DNA of 64,000 bases from Calditrichia bacterium. Its GTDB lineage: Bacteria; Calditrichota; Calditrichia; JAJRVZ01. Below, piece after piece: positions 41,327-50,041 of the stretch; position 1 is the first letter of the stretch; every line of letters starts with the position of its first letter. Position numbers and translations under genes: made by a program. The DNA is taken from positions 736,001-800,000 of the forward strand of contig CAWCNS010000005.1 of NCBI GenBank assembly GCA_963796965.1. The letters run 5' to 3'. The notes under the pieces were generated by a model that was not told where the DNA came from, made no database searches, and saw only the letters and a program-made list of their open reading frames with translations.

Positions 41327-43219
41327 TCAATGTAAATTAATTTTTGCTAATTGAACGCCAAATACAAAAACAGGCTTCCAACTTTCTTCGTTTGTCGGAC
41401 TAAGCGTCATCTGATAGACACCCGGTTTTTCAAAAGTAAACTGACCCAAATCATAATATCGGGCCTCAAGCCAACTATCGGTTGGGGTTATGGTAGCAGA
41501 ACTCTTTTCTTTGCCAAAAGTTGTGGTAAGATTCGTCTCTCCGGAAGCGGTACTGAGTTTACCACGTATTCTATAGGTACCGGATTCTTTAATTCTGACC
41601 AACCAGTGAATGCGATCCTTTGGAATATTCCAGGCCCCAATATTTAGCAAATCACCATCGCCCAGAAGTCTTTGATTTCCTTCTATGGTAGCAAACTCCG
41701 GGGAAAGATGGATTGCCTGGGGTGAATGAAAAAGGGCCTCCGGATTAGCCTCAATCTCAAATCCGGTTAGCTTAAAAACATAGGCATGTTTTGATGAAAC
41801 CTTATCTCCCTGAATAGTTCCGCAGTCAATCTTTAATTGCTTCCCCTCATTTATTGTAAAAGGTATATTTTCATTATAGCCGAGAAGGGATATTTTACCC
41901 TTCTCTGGATTACGGACGAGCATCGATTCCACGATAAAATCCTTTTCAGGCCAACCAAGTATGATGGCATAAATGATTTTACCATCTTTTGAACGGGTGA
42001 ATCGAATATCCTGGGCAGTATAGGTGATCCGTCCCACAAAATGTCCGCTTTTCCCCATTCCTGTAGGACCTTCACCATATAGAAACCAGGGACGTGTATC
42101 GTATATGGCTTCGCCATTCACGGTCAGCCATTCTCCAATCTCCAGTAGGGCCTTCTGTTGTTCTTCCGGTATTGTGCCGTCATACTTTGGCGATATATTA
42201 AGAAGTAAGACCCCATTTTTACTGACGATATCAACTAATGTATGCACAATTGTTGCAGTGGATTTAATTTTCAAGCCATCCGTATAACACCAACTTCCCC
42301 AACTGATGGTATCATCTGTTAACCAGGGATAATCAGTTAAGTGGTCTAAACGCCCCTTTTCAAAATCCTCAACCGCCACTTCCCGTGGGAGATCATCACC
42401 CTTATAGGTTACAACAACTTCTTTATCTATTTCTTGTGCCTTATTAAAATAATAGGAAAGAAAATCCATTCGCTCTTTCTCAGGAATATCTCCTAATACA
42501 AAATCAAACCAGATTAAGTCAGGTTGGTACCCATCAATTACCTCGAACAACTTTGATTTCCAAATCTGCAAAAATTCTTCCCTGGGCATATTGCCATACA
42601 TAATTCTTAACTCCGGACCGTCAGAAGCAGTTGGCCAACCCTCGACATGGGGATAGTATCCGGTAGGATATCCTTTGATCGGATATTGATTGTTAAAAGC
42701 ATGATGAAAGGAGGTTACAAATTTCATCCCCTGAGCGCGTGTGGCCCGGGCCATTTCACCAACGATATCTCTTTTTGGACCACGGTCTTTGGCATTCCAG
42801 GGGTTCACTTCACTGGCCCACATAGAAAAGCCATCATGATGTTCTGCCACGGGACCGGCAAATTTTGCTCCTGCTTTTTTGAATAATTCAACCCATTTAT
42901 CAGCATTAAAATGCTCAGCTGTGAACTTAGGAATAAAATCATGATAGCCGAATTCTGAAGGCTCTCCGTAGGTTGCCACATGATGTTTATATTCACCTGC
43001 ATCCTTGCGGTGCATATTTCGCGGATACCATTCACTGCCAAAGGCAGGAACAGAATAGACCCCCCAGTGAAAATAGATACCAAACTTAGCATCAAGAAAC
43101 CATTCCGGTGCAGCAGTGTGCTTTGATAAGGAATTCCAGTTAGGCTGAAATGATTCAATTTTCTGTGCCATTACTAATTGTGTACCTATCAGAAAAAGTA
43201 AGGGTATTTTAAACTTCAC
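41327..43219 (-). CDS. GH29 alpha-L-fucosidase with C-terminal CBM-like beta-sandwich
   Basis: PEWFLDAKFGIYFHWG, AEHHDGF, WFD nucleophile, DIVSKNG.LLLN, NGEAIY.TRPW. Confidence 0.9.
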   Translation of the reverse strand: MKFKIPLLFLIGTQLVMAQKIESFQPNWNSLSKHTAAPEWFLDAKFGIYFHWGVYSVPAFGSEWYPRNMHRKDAGEYKHHVATYGEPSEFGYHDFIPKFTAEHFNADKWVELFKKAGAKFAGPVAEHHDGFSMWASEVNPWNAKDRGPKRDIVGEMARATRAQGMKFVTSFHHAFNNQYPIKGYPTGYYPHVEGWPTASDGPELRIMYGNMPREEFLQIWKSKLFEVIDGYQPDLIWFDFVLGDIPEKERMDFLSYYFNKAQEIDKEVVVTYKGDDLPREVAVEDFEKGRLDHLTDYPWLTDDTISWGSWCYTDGLKIKSTATIVHTLVDIVSKNGVLLLNISPKYDGTIPEEQQKALLEIGEWLTVNGEAIYDTRPWFLYGEGPTGMGKSGHFVGRITYTAQDIRFTRSKDGKIIYAIILGWPEKDFIVESMLVRNPEKGKISLLGYNENIPFTINEGKQLKIDCGTIQGDKVSSKHAYVFKLTGFEIEANPEALFHSPQAIHLSPEFATIEGNQRLLGDGDLLNIGAWNIPKDRIHWLVRIKESGTYRIRGKLSTASGETNLTTTFGKEKSSATITPTDSWLEARYYDLGQFTFEKPGVYQMTLSPTNEESWKPVFVFGVQLAKINLH

Positions 43220-43317
43220 TATATTCCTTTCAAATTAACATTTAATAATCTTAAAAAATATTCTATTATAATTTTTGAAATACAATTTCGCTGAGAGAAT
43301 TAGTCTTTTTAAAAAGC

Positions 43318-43465
43318 AGTTTTGCCTGCAGCAGGCCCTGCTTTTTGTAAGACAAAAAGTAGGCAAAAAACTTGGCGATTTTAAACTCGCGGAACGATTT
43401 TAGCCAACCGTTTTACCTCGTGGCTCAAACAAGAAAAATCGCCGAAAAAATACTTCGTATTTTTA
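43318..43465. other. Multi-stem intergenic element (candidate ncRNA or mobile repeat)
   Basis: Stems TTTTGCCT/AGGCAAAA, GCAGG/CCTGC, CTTTTTGT/ACAAAAAG, GGCGATTTT/AAAATCGCC (enclosing AAACTCGC..GCTCAAACA), AAAATAC/GTATTTT. Confidence 0.5.
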
Positions 43466-43547
43466 ATAGGGTCTAAATTATTAACTTTCAGATTTTATTG
43501 TTCTTTCAAAAAAATTCGTGAAATTCGTGGATATCTTTTTATGGCAT

Positions 43548-45374
43548 TCATTCAACAATAATCTCATCCACAAACAACCAGGCTTTACCTCCTGCACCCG
43601 CATGCCAATCAGGACATTGTTTTATATTCTTCACTTTAATCTGAAGATAGCGGGTATCTATATTTTTAAAGTTATATTCAAAATTTTTGATTTCTAATGT
43701 TTCACTTTCTTCGATAGTGTATTGCTCCACATCAATAATTTTAAAATTTTCCTTATCCTCGGAAATGGACAATTGGATTTCCTGAGGATAAAATATCCAT
43801 GATTTTTGCTGTTGCAGGAAACCAATTGATACTTTTTTAACCTGCTTTTTATCCATCAGATCGAGAACCACTTCTAAATCTTCTCCTTCAAAACCCAACC
43901 AATCCTTATAGAAATTGGTCATTCCCCTTTTTTTATCAATAAGTGTTTCCGGACCATTTGCATTAAATTTTTTACTGGGTGGGTTGATCAAAGTTATCGT
44001 CTTATAGTCTTGTGGTAGAATAAAGTGAATCGGATTTTGCGACTTAATATCAGATGAATTTCCATCCAGTTTTAATACAATGATGGTATTTAGGTTATTT
44101 CTTTTATTTTCAGTCAGGGATAGCTTCACCCCTCCATCCTGGGAAAAGATGGCATCTGCTTTTTCTCCACCAAGTACACTATGATCAATGATTTTATGCA
44201 CCAGCGGTGGAATAATCAGCGTATCGCCTACCCAGTCCAAGACATGCAGATATATTTTATTATTTTTATGTGTTGAAGTGATGTATTCACTAGGTTTGAA
44301 CGGTCCACCTCTTGTAGAGTAAATACTTTCCCCATATTTTTCCAGCCAGCGTCCAATTTCCTTCAGTCGTTTCTGCTGAAATAACTCCATTCTTCCGTCT
44401 GGCATTGGCCCGATATTGAGCAGTAAATTTCCCCCACCCCCCACAGTCTGGACCAGAATATTAATGCATTCCTTCAAACTTTTTAGCTGGCCATGGGGAC
44501 GCCAAAACCAACCCTCTGAAACCGTAATACAGGATTCCCAGGGATTGTCCACATTAAAGGTACCAATCTCCTGTTCCGGGGTTCCAAAATCACCGGCATA
44601 TTTCCAGGGATTGATTTTACCTTCTTTGTCAGCCCGCATCCGGTCAACACGGTTATTAATTAGAAGATCATTTTTTTTATCGCGTAGGTATTTGTATAGA
44701 TCCATTCCCCGTTCATGGGTCCAGGGTCCTTCCCAATAACCGTCAAACCATAAAATATTCGTTTGGTATTTTTCGATAAGCTCGTCCAATTGGTTTCTTA
44801 AAAATACCATAAACTTTTCCATATCCGAACTTTCAACCGGTCGTGGATCTCCCCCATACCGGCCGGGATAATCCGGATGATGCCAGTCACAGATTGAATA
44901 GTAGGTCCCAAAAAGGATACCCTGACGTTTACATTCATCGGAAAGTTCTTTTAATACGTCCTTGCCATAGGGGGTAGACATGATATCATAATCCGTGTAT
45001 TTTGAATCCCAGTTACAAAACCCATCATGGTGCTTAGTAACCATGATAAAATATTTCATTCCTGCATCTTTGGCCGTTTGGATCCAATCTTTGGCATTAA
45101 ATAAAACCGGATTGAATTGTACATAGAGGCTATCGTATTCATTTATGGGAATTCGCGGTGCAAAATCATAAGGATGATTGCCCCGGGCCCAGCTCGAGGT
45201 ACCCTTTATGGCAGAGGGTCCCCAGTGAACAAACATACCAAATTTGATATCCTGAAATTGTTCTAGTTTCTCCTGGTTGGGTTTCAGGTCTGGATATTTT
45301 TCGCCACCCCCCCATTGACTAAAGAGGTTTAAGGGAAGAGATAGAATGAGTGACAACAAGAAATTTTTAATCAT
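43548..45374 (-). CDS. GH29 alpha-L-fucosidase with F5/8 type C domain
   Basis: KFGMFVHWG, TKHHDGF, LWFDG, NNR, TPEQ, WESC, GNLLLNIGP; C-terminal KAWLFVDEIIVE. Confidence 0.92.
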   Translation of the reverse strand: MIKNFLLSLILSLPLNLFSQWGGGEKYPDLKPNQEKLEQFQDIKFGMFVHWGPSAIKGTSSWARGNHPYDFAPRIPINEYDSLYVQFNPVLFNAKDWIQTAKDAGMKYFIMVTKHHDGFCNWDSKYTDYDIMSTPYGKDVLKELSDECKRQGILFGTYYSICDWHHPDYPGRYGGDPRPVESSDMEKFMVFLRNQLDELIEKYQTNILWFDGYWEGPWTHERGMDLYKYLRDKKNDLLINNRVDRMRADKEGKINPWKYAGDFGTPEQEIGTFNVDNPWESCITVSEGWFWRPHGQLKSLKECINILVQTVGGGGNLLLNIGPMPDGRMELFQQKRLKEIGRWLEKYGESIYSTRGGPFKPSEYITSTHKNNKIYLHVLDWVGDTLIIPPLVHKIIDHSVLGGEKADAIFSQDGGVKLSLTENKRNNLNTIIVLKLDGNSSDIKSQNPIHFILPQDYKTITLINPPSKKFNANGPETLIDKKRGMTNFYKDWLGFEGEDLEVVLDLMDKKQVKKVSIGFLQQQKSWIFYPQEIQLSISEDKENFKIIDVEQYTIEESETLEIKNFEYNFKNIDTRYLQIKVKNIKQCPDWHAGAGGKAWLFVDEIIVE

Positions 45375-45473
45375 GTTTTAACTTTAGTTTAATTTTAATC
45401 AGTCATAGTTTTACAGAGATTATTTTATCACGCAGCGACGCAGAGCCGCACGCGGAACAAAACAGACCCTGCA

Positions 45474-46235
45474 TTAATCTGTATGAAATATCTCTTCCAT
45501 CTCCACCCAGAACTGATCTTCTCCAGAGAGAGGTTCCATCAATGCTATCATGTCTTCATAAAGATTTTTTACTTCTCGTATTTTCAAGAGTTGAACCATA
45601 TCCGCATCGAAATCTTTACCCACGTATTCAATATAGAGATATATACGGTCGTCATGAGTATATAAAGTGAGATTCTGAAAGTTATAATTTAGGACCGATT
45701 CAACCATCGATTTATTTAAATCTTTGAGTATGCTTTTCAAGCGGTCTGTGTGTTTTTCATTTATATCGCCAACAAGCGCTATTCTTTGGGCATTTTTATA
45801 ATTAACCGTACTTGTATCCATTTGATACAATAAATTTATGGATGCCCACCACTCTCCTTCTTTGCGGTTCTCCAACGGTTCCTGCATAGGATCGGTTAAT
45901 TTCCACCAATCTTTGGTGATGGGATCTCCCATTTGAGCCATGTCCTCATCGAAATTTTTTCCGACATACTCAAAATGTGAAAACAAGAGACCTTCGTTTA
46001 TAAATATGGAGTAGTTTCGAATGTTAGATTTGCGAATACGATCGAGCACACCCGGGAATGTGTTTCTGTGAAGAATGATATACCGCTCTTCAAATTCTTT
46101 TTTAACTTTTATAAGACTACCATAGCGGGTGATATTTGTTCTTCCCCGTTCAGGGAGAGTTTTAGATACTTCACATCCTGAAATCAGAGAACAGAAAAGA
46201 CCAATGACTATGAATAAAAAGATAGATTTTAGCAT
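45474..46235 (-). CDS. Tandem L-rhamnose/L-fucose mutarotase-domain lipoprotein
   Basis: Lipobox LISGC; domain 1 Y...H...FPGV..IRNYSIF..EYVG..WW..MQEP; domain 2 degenerate, ending MEEIFHTD. Confidence 0.8.
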   Translation of the reverse strand: MLKSIFLFIVIGLFCSLISGCEVSKTLPERGRTNITRYGSLIKVKKEFEERYIILHRNTFPGVLDRIRKSNIRNYSIFINEGLLFSHFEYVGKNFDEDMAQMGDPITKDWWKLTDPMQEPLENRKEGEWWASINLLYQMDTSTVNYKNAQRIALVGDINEKHTDRLKSILKDLNKSMVESVLNYNFQNLTLYTHDDRIYLYIEYVGKDFDADMVQLLKIREVKNLYEDMIALMEPLSGEDQFWVEMEEIFHTD

Positions 46236-46270
46236 ATTATACCAATGTTTTTAAATGGTGAAAATATATT

Positions 46271-46440
46271 TTTCTCTCGCAAAGACGCCAAGGGATTTTT
46301 TCCACTAATTACTCGAATTTATACGAATTTCACTAATTATATTTTCTAATATTTAAAAAAAAATAAATTCGTGAAATCTGTCCTAATTAGTGTAATTCGT
46401 GGATGGTTTTTTTAGCGTCATTACGTCTCTGCGAGAGAAA
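46271..46440 (+). repeat. About 170-bp composite MITE-like element, copy C
   Basis: CTCTCGCAAAGACGCCAAGGGATTTTTTCCACTAATTACTCGAATT...AATTAGTGTAATTCGTGG...CTCTGCGAGAG. Confidence 0.8.
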
Positions 46441-46451
46441 TCCTTTACCTG

Positions 46452-47695
46452 CTACCGACCATTAAACTCCTCTACTGCCTCGAACATAGCCACGATATTT
46501 TCCGACGGTACTTCCGGTAAAATATTATGTATCGTATTAAAAACAAACCCGCCACCGGGAGAAAATATTTTCAGTCTCTCAAGCACATGTAATTTTACCT
46601 CACCCGGTGTAGCCCGGTTTAAGACATGGCGTGTATCTGCACCACCCCCCCAGAACGTAACATCTCTACCGAATTCACGCTTTAATCGCTCCGGTTCCAT
46701 ATCTGCACAATTGGTCTGTACGGGATTTAACACCTCAAATCCGGCATCGATCAGATCAGGGATTAATTTATATATGGACCCGCAACTGTGCAGGTAGGTG
46801 CGCATCTGGCTGTTCTTTTTCACATAGTCACAAAGGAGGCGGTGGCGTGGTTTAAATAATTTCTGATAGATAGATGGATCCATAAAAGGTCCGCTATCCA
46901 TACCCAGGTCATCACCAAACCGCAAAATATCTACGATATCACCCACTGAAGTGCAGACTTTTTCCAAGGTTGATAGATGAATCTCCATTAATTTATCCAA
47001 CAGGGCTTCTACATTTTTTTGATCAAGGAAAAGATCCATGAGAAACTGGTCAATACGACGCAGGAAAGTGCCCCATTCAAACAAATTGCAGCCGCAAACA
47101 ACCATCAGAGCCCGATCACTCTGCTCACGTAATAAGAGGGTTCTCTCCCTTAATTGTTGCCAGAAATCGGGCTCACCCGCATGATCCCAGGGGCTATGAA
47201 CCATGGCTGACCATAGCACCTTGTTCATTTCTACGGGTAAAGTTTTAAAGTCATCCGGATAACCATCAAGATAGGGAAAACAGGTCTGATCAAAAAAGGG
47301 TGCTCCCTGTGGCATTTTAGCAATAGTACTACCATCATCCATTTTTACGATCCAGGAGCCATCTTCCTGCTGAAGCGGATGGAACCAATTTGGGTAAAAG
47401 GCCTGTTGGCCATCTGACATGGTAATCGGGTACCAGTCCTGCTTATCCGCATTGAACATCCTGCCAATATCAAGTACATCGATATTAAACCTGTTTAGAA
47501 TATCATCTTCCGGTTGGGCGAGTTGCTGGACTACATCATAGATGCGGGTCTCACCATCCATTATCCCCAAACTCTTTTTTAGATTTGTGTAGGCAATGGC
47601 TGAAATTCCCGAGCTGGGGTAGCACCCAGATCGATGGGCACACGATCCGGTTCTTTATGGTCGATGGCAGCTAATATTCGTTCTCTTGAGTTCAT
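46452..47695 (-). CDS. Uroporphyrinogen decarboxylase / MtaA-CmuA methyltransferase family protein, frameshifted at about 47617
   Basis: MNSRERILAAIDHKEPDRVPIDLG start at 47695; one extra base in G4 (47616-47619) gives ATPSSGISAIAY; GDDLG, HSCG, NPVQ, FWGG. Confidence 0.82.
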
Positions 47696-47733
47696 ATCAC
47701 TGTTTTCTCGTTTAAATTCCAAGTTCTAAAAAT

Positions 47734-47886
47734 CTCTCGCAAAGGCGCAAAGCCGCAGAGAAAGCCATCCTCGGATTATCCGTCTTCGCCGGATCAGGCA
47801 AAGACGGACACTAATTATAACATAATAAATCTTATATATTTAAAAAATAATTAGTGAAATTCGTTTTAATTCGTGGAATTCGTGGA
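47734..47886. repeat. Degenerate composite element with a 30-bp hairpin insert
   Basis: CTCTCGCAAAGGCGCAAAG; ATCCTCGGATTA[TCCGTCTTCGCCGGATCAGGCAAAGACGGA]CACTAATT ... AATTAGTGAAATTCG..AATTCGTGGA. Confidence 0.65.
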
Positions 47887-47910
47887 AAAGAAGTCACTGG
47901 GTGAAGCATA

Positions 47911-49815
47911 TTATTTCACTATGACCTCATCAACGAATAACCAGGCCTTACCACCGGCGCCTTTATGCCACTTTGGGCAGATGCCGATATTTTTTGCTCT
48001 CAGCCGAAGATACCTCCCCTTTATGTTCTCCAGATTCGCAGAAAAGATTCTTCTCGATCGATCGAAACCATCAGCGGTTTTCTCGTTTTTGATTGTTTTA
48101 AGGATTTTAAAATTTTTGCCGTCATCCGAGATCTCCACCGTAACATAACTGGGATAAAATACCCAGAAATCTGTTGATTGCAAACAACTGACCCCTACTT
48201 CTCTCACCTTTCGATTTTTCAGGAGATCAATAATGACCGTCATATCATTTTCTTCGAATCCTTGCCAGAGACCGTCATGATAATTCATGGTTCCGCGCAG
48301 GCCATCCACAAGGGCGAAGGCACCCGAGGCAGGATATCTGGGGCTATGGGCAGAAATATAAACAGGTGCCGGATGAAGGCTTTTAGAAAATTTAGCCTGT
48401 GTTTCTATACTTATCACATGATCCCTTGAAATGGCAATCACCCGAATATGTGAATTCTCTGTAATCACAAAAGGATGCTCATATAGATTGGAGTCTTCGT
48501 TTGGCTTGCTGCCATCGGTGGTATAATAAAATAAACTATTGTCATCACCAGAAAGGGAAATTTCTTGCTTTGGATTAAAGATCCTTGTTTGTGGTAAAAT
48601 AACGGGTGCGTCTACCTCTGCTTGTTCGAGCCAGGCGAGATTAAAGCGGGCAATGGCCAGATTCTCTCGTGAGTTCTTACTCCCCATCTTCGCCCGTTCA
48701 TAGATGAGAAAAATCATACCCTCTTTTCCGATAGCAAGACCGGAATAGGCAGATGGGCCAGCGAAGATAAGTCTTTTTAGAGGCCATGTCTCCCCATTAT
48801 CATAACTTCCCCTCACAGTCATGCGATGACGGGAACCGCCATCCCAACGCTTACGGGCACTCGTTGACGGATTGCTAAACAGAATAACATTTCCTACAGA
48901 AGGATCATTATAGCGCACCATTCCGGCATCACAGGTCGGTTCGATAAGTTCCGGATCATCCCCAAACTCTGTAAAAGTCTCCCCACCATCATAACTTATG
49001 GCATGATTGCGGATACCAAAGTTTGCGGCATGATTACGGCTATTTACATAGACCCGCCCATCCGACAATTCAACAACACAGGCCTCGCCAACATGAGACT
49101 GGGTTAAGCCACCTGCCCGCCAGGTATCTCCTTTATCATCACTGATTAAAACACCATTAAACATATTCGGCCAATCCAACCGTTTTCCCTTTGTAAACCG
49201 GGCAGGTAAAATTAGCCGGCCCTTATATTTCCCATATCGCAAAGTAATACCCACATCGTGTGGCCAATAGGGTAAATCAATGGACTGCATCCCTGTCCAG
49301 GTTTCACCTTCATCTTCGCTGCAGACAAAATAATGTCCAGCTCCCAAGGCTTCCATCTCCACCTGATTGGCGATATTCCATCGTTCCGTTATCATCTCCC
49401 CTTTAGCATTATGGCGCGGCGCCTTGTGACCAAAGACAAATATCTTTCCCGACTCCGGTTCAACGATGGCACTGGTCTGGCGGACTGTCCACTCAGGGAT
49501 CTCAGCGATTACACGCGGCAGACTCCAGGTTAGACCATTGTCTGTGCTACGTATAACGACGGCTTTTTGCACATTCCCCCAATCATGATTATTACCATAT
49601 CGCGCAGTGGCAAATGCGAGGATAGTGCCCTTTGGTGTCGCAACAATATTGGGAATCGCATAAGATCCAACCGAATCATTGCTTACCAGGATATCCTGAT
49701 CTTCGAAGATGGCCTTGTTCCCACTATTCTGATTGCCACAGGATACGAATAAAATAAAGGTCAAAATCACAATCACACTGAATCCGTTTGGCATTGATAT
49801 ATTATATTTTTGCAT
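47911..49815 (-). CDS. GH33 sialidase-family lipoprotein with FN3-associated and F5/8 type C domains; non-canonical active site
   Basis: Five Asp-boxes (STDNGLTW, SEDEGETW, SDDKGDTW, SYDGGETF, SYDNGETW), GEACVVEL, VNSR, SAYS; YAIP in place of YRIP/FRIP. Confidence 0.85.
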   Translation of the reverse strand: MQKYNISMPNGFSVIVILTFILFVSCGNQNSGNKAIFEDQDILVSNDSVGSYAIPNIVATPKGTILAFATARYGNNHDWGNVQKAVVIRSTDNGLTWSLPRVIAEIPEWTVRQTSAIVEPESGKIFVFGHKAPRHNAKGEMITERWNIANQVEMEALGAGHYFVCSEDEGETWTGMQSIDLPYWPHDVGITLRYGKYKGRLILPARFTKGKRLDWPNMFNGVLISDDKGDTWRAGGLTQSHVGEACVVELSDGRVYVNSRNHAANFGIRNHAISYDGGETFTEFGDDPELIEPTCDAGMVRYNDPSVGNVILFSNPSTSARKRWDGGSRHRMTVRGSYDNGETWPLKRLIFAGPSAYSGLAIGKEGMIFLIYERAKMGSKNSRENLAIARFNLAWLEQAEVDAPVILPQTRIFNPKQEISLSGDDNSLFYYTTDGSKPNEDSNLYEHPFVITENSHIRVIAISRDHVISIETQAKFSKSLHPAPVYISAHSPRYPASGAFALVDGLRGTMNYHDGLWQGFEENDMTVIIDLLKNRKVREVGVSCLQSTDFWVFYPSYVTVEISDDGKNFKILKTIKNEKTADGFDRSRRIFSANLENIKGRYLRLRAKNIGICPKWHKGAGGKAWLFVDEVIVK

Positions 49816-49952
49816 GGTAATAGATCCGTACTATTCCGGCCTGCCCCGTTCTGCGGGGGTAAATCCGTGGTTAAATTTTATTCATTTGTAACGACCTAAA
49901 CCGAGAGAGATGTAATCTATTGGCTAATTTTTAGCTGAGAATCCCAAATTGT

Positions 49953-50004
49953 ACCCCCCCCCTTTTTTCCCCTCCTTAGTAAGGAGGGGGATTATGGGGG
50001 TGGT
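49953..50004. repeat. CCCCTCCTT..AAGGAGGGG palindromic repeat
   Basis: ACCCCCC..CCCCTCCTTAGTAAGGAGGGGG..GGGGGTGGT, downstream of the GH97 stop; could also act as a terminator. Confidence 0.6.
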
Positions 50005-50041
50005 CATTATATATAAACTTAAAATCAATACAAGAATCAGG

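Noticed and set aside
46452..47695. hemE
   Set aside because: Lacks the HemE RQAGR motif and has HSCG of the methyltransferase-like branch.
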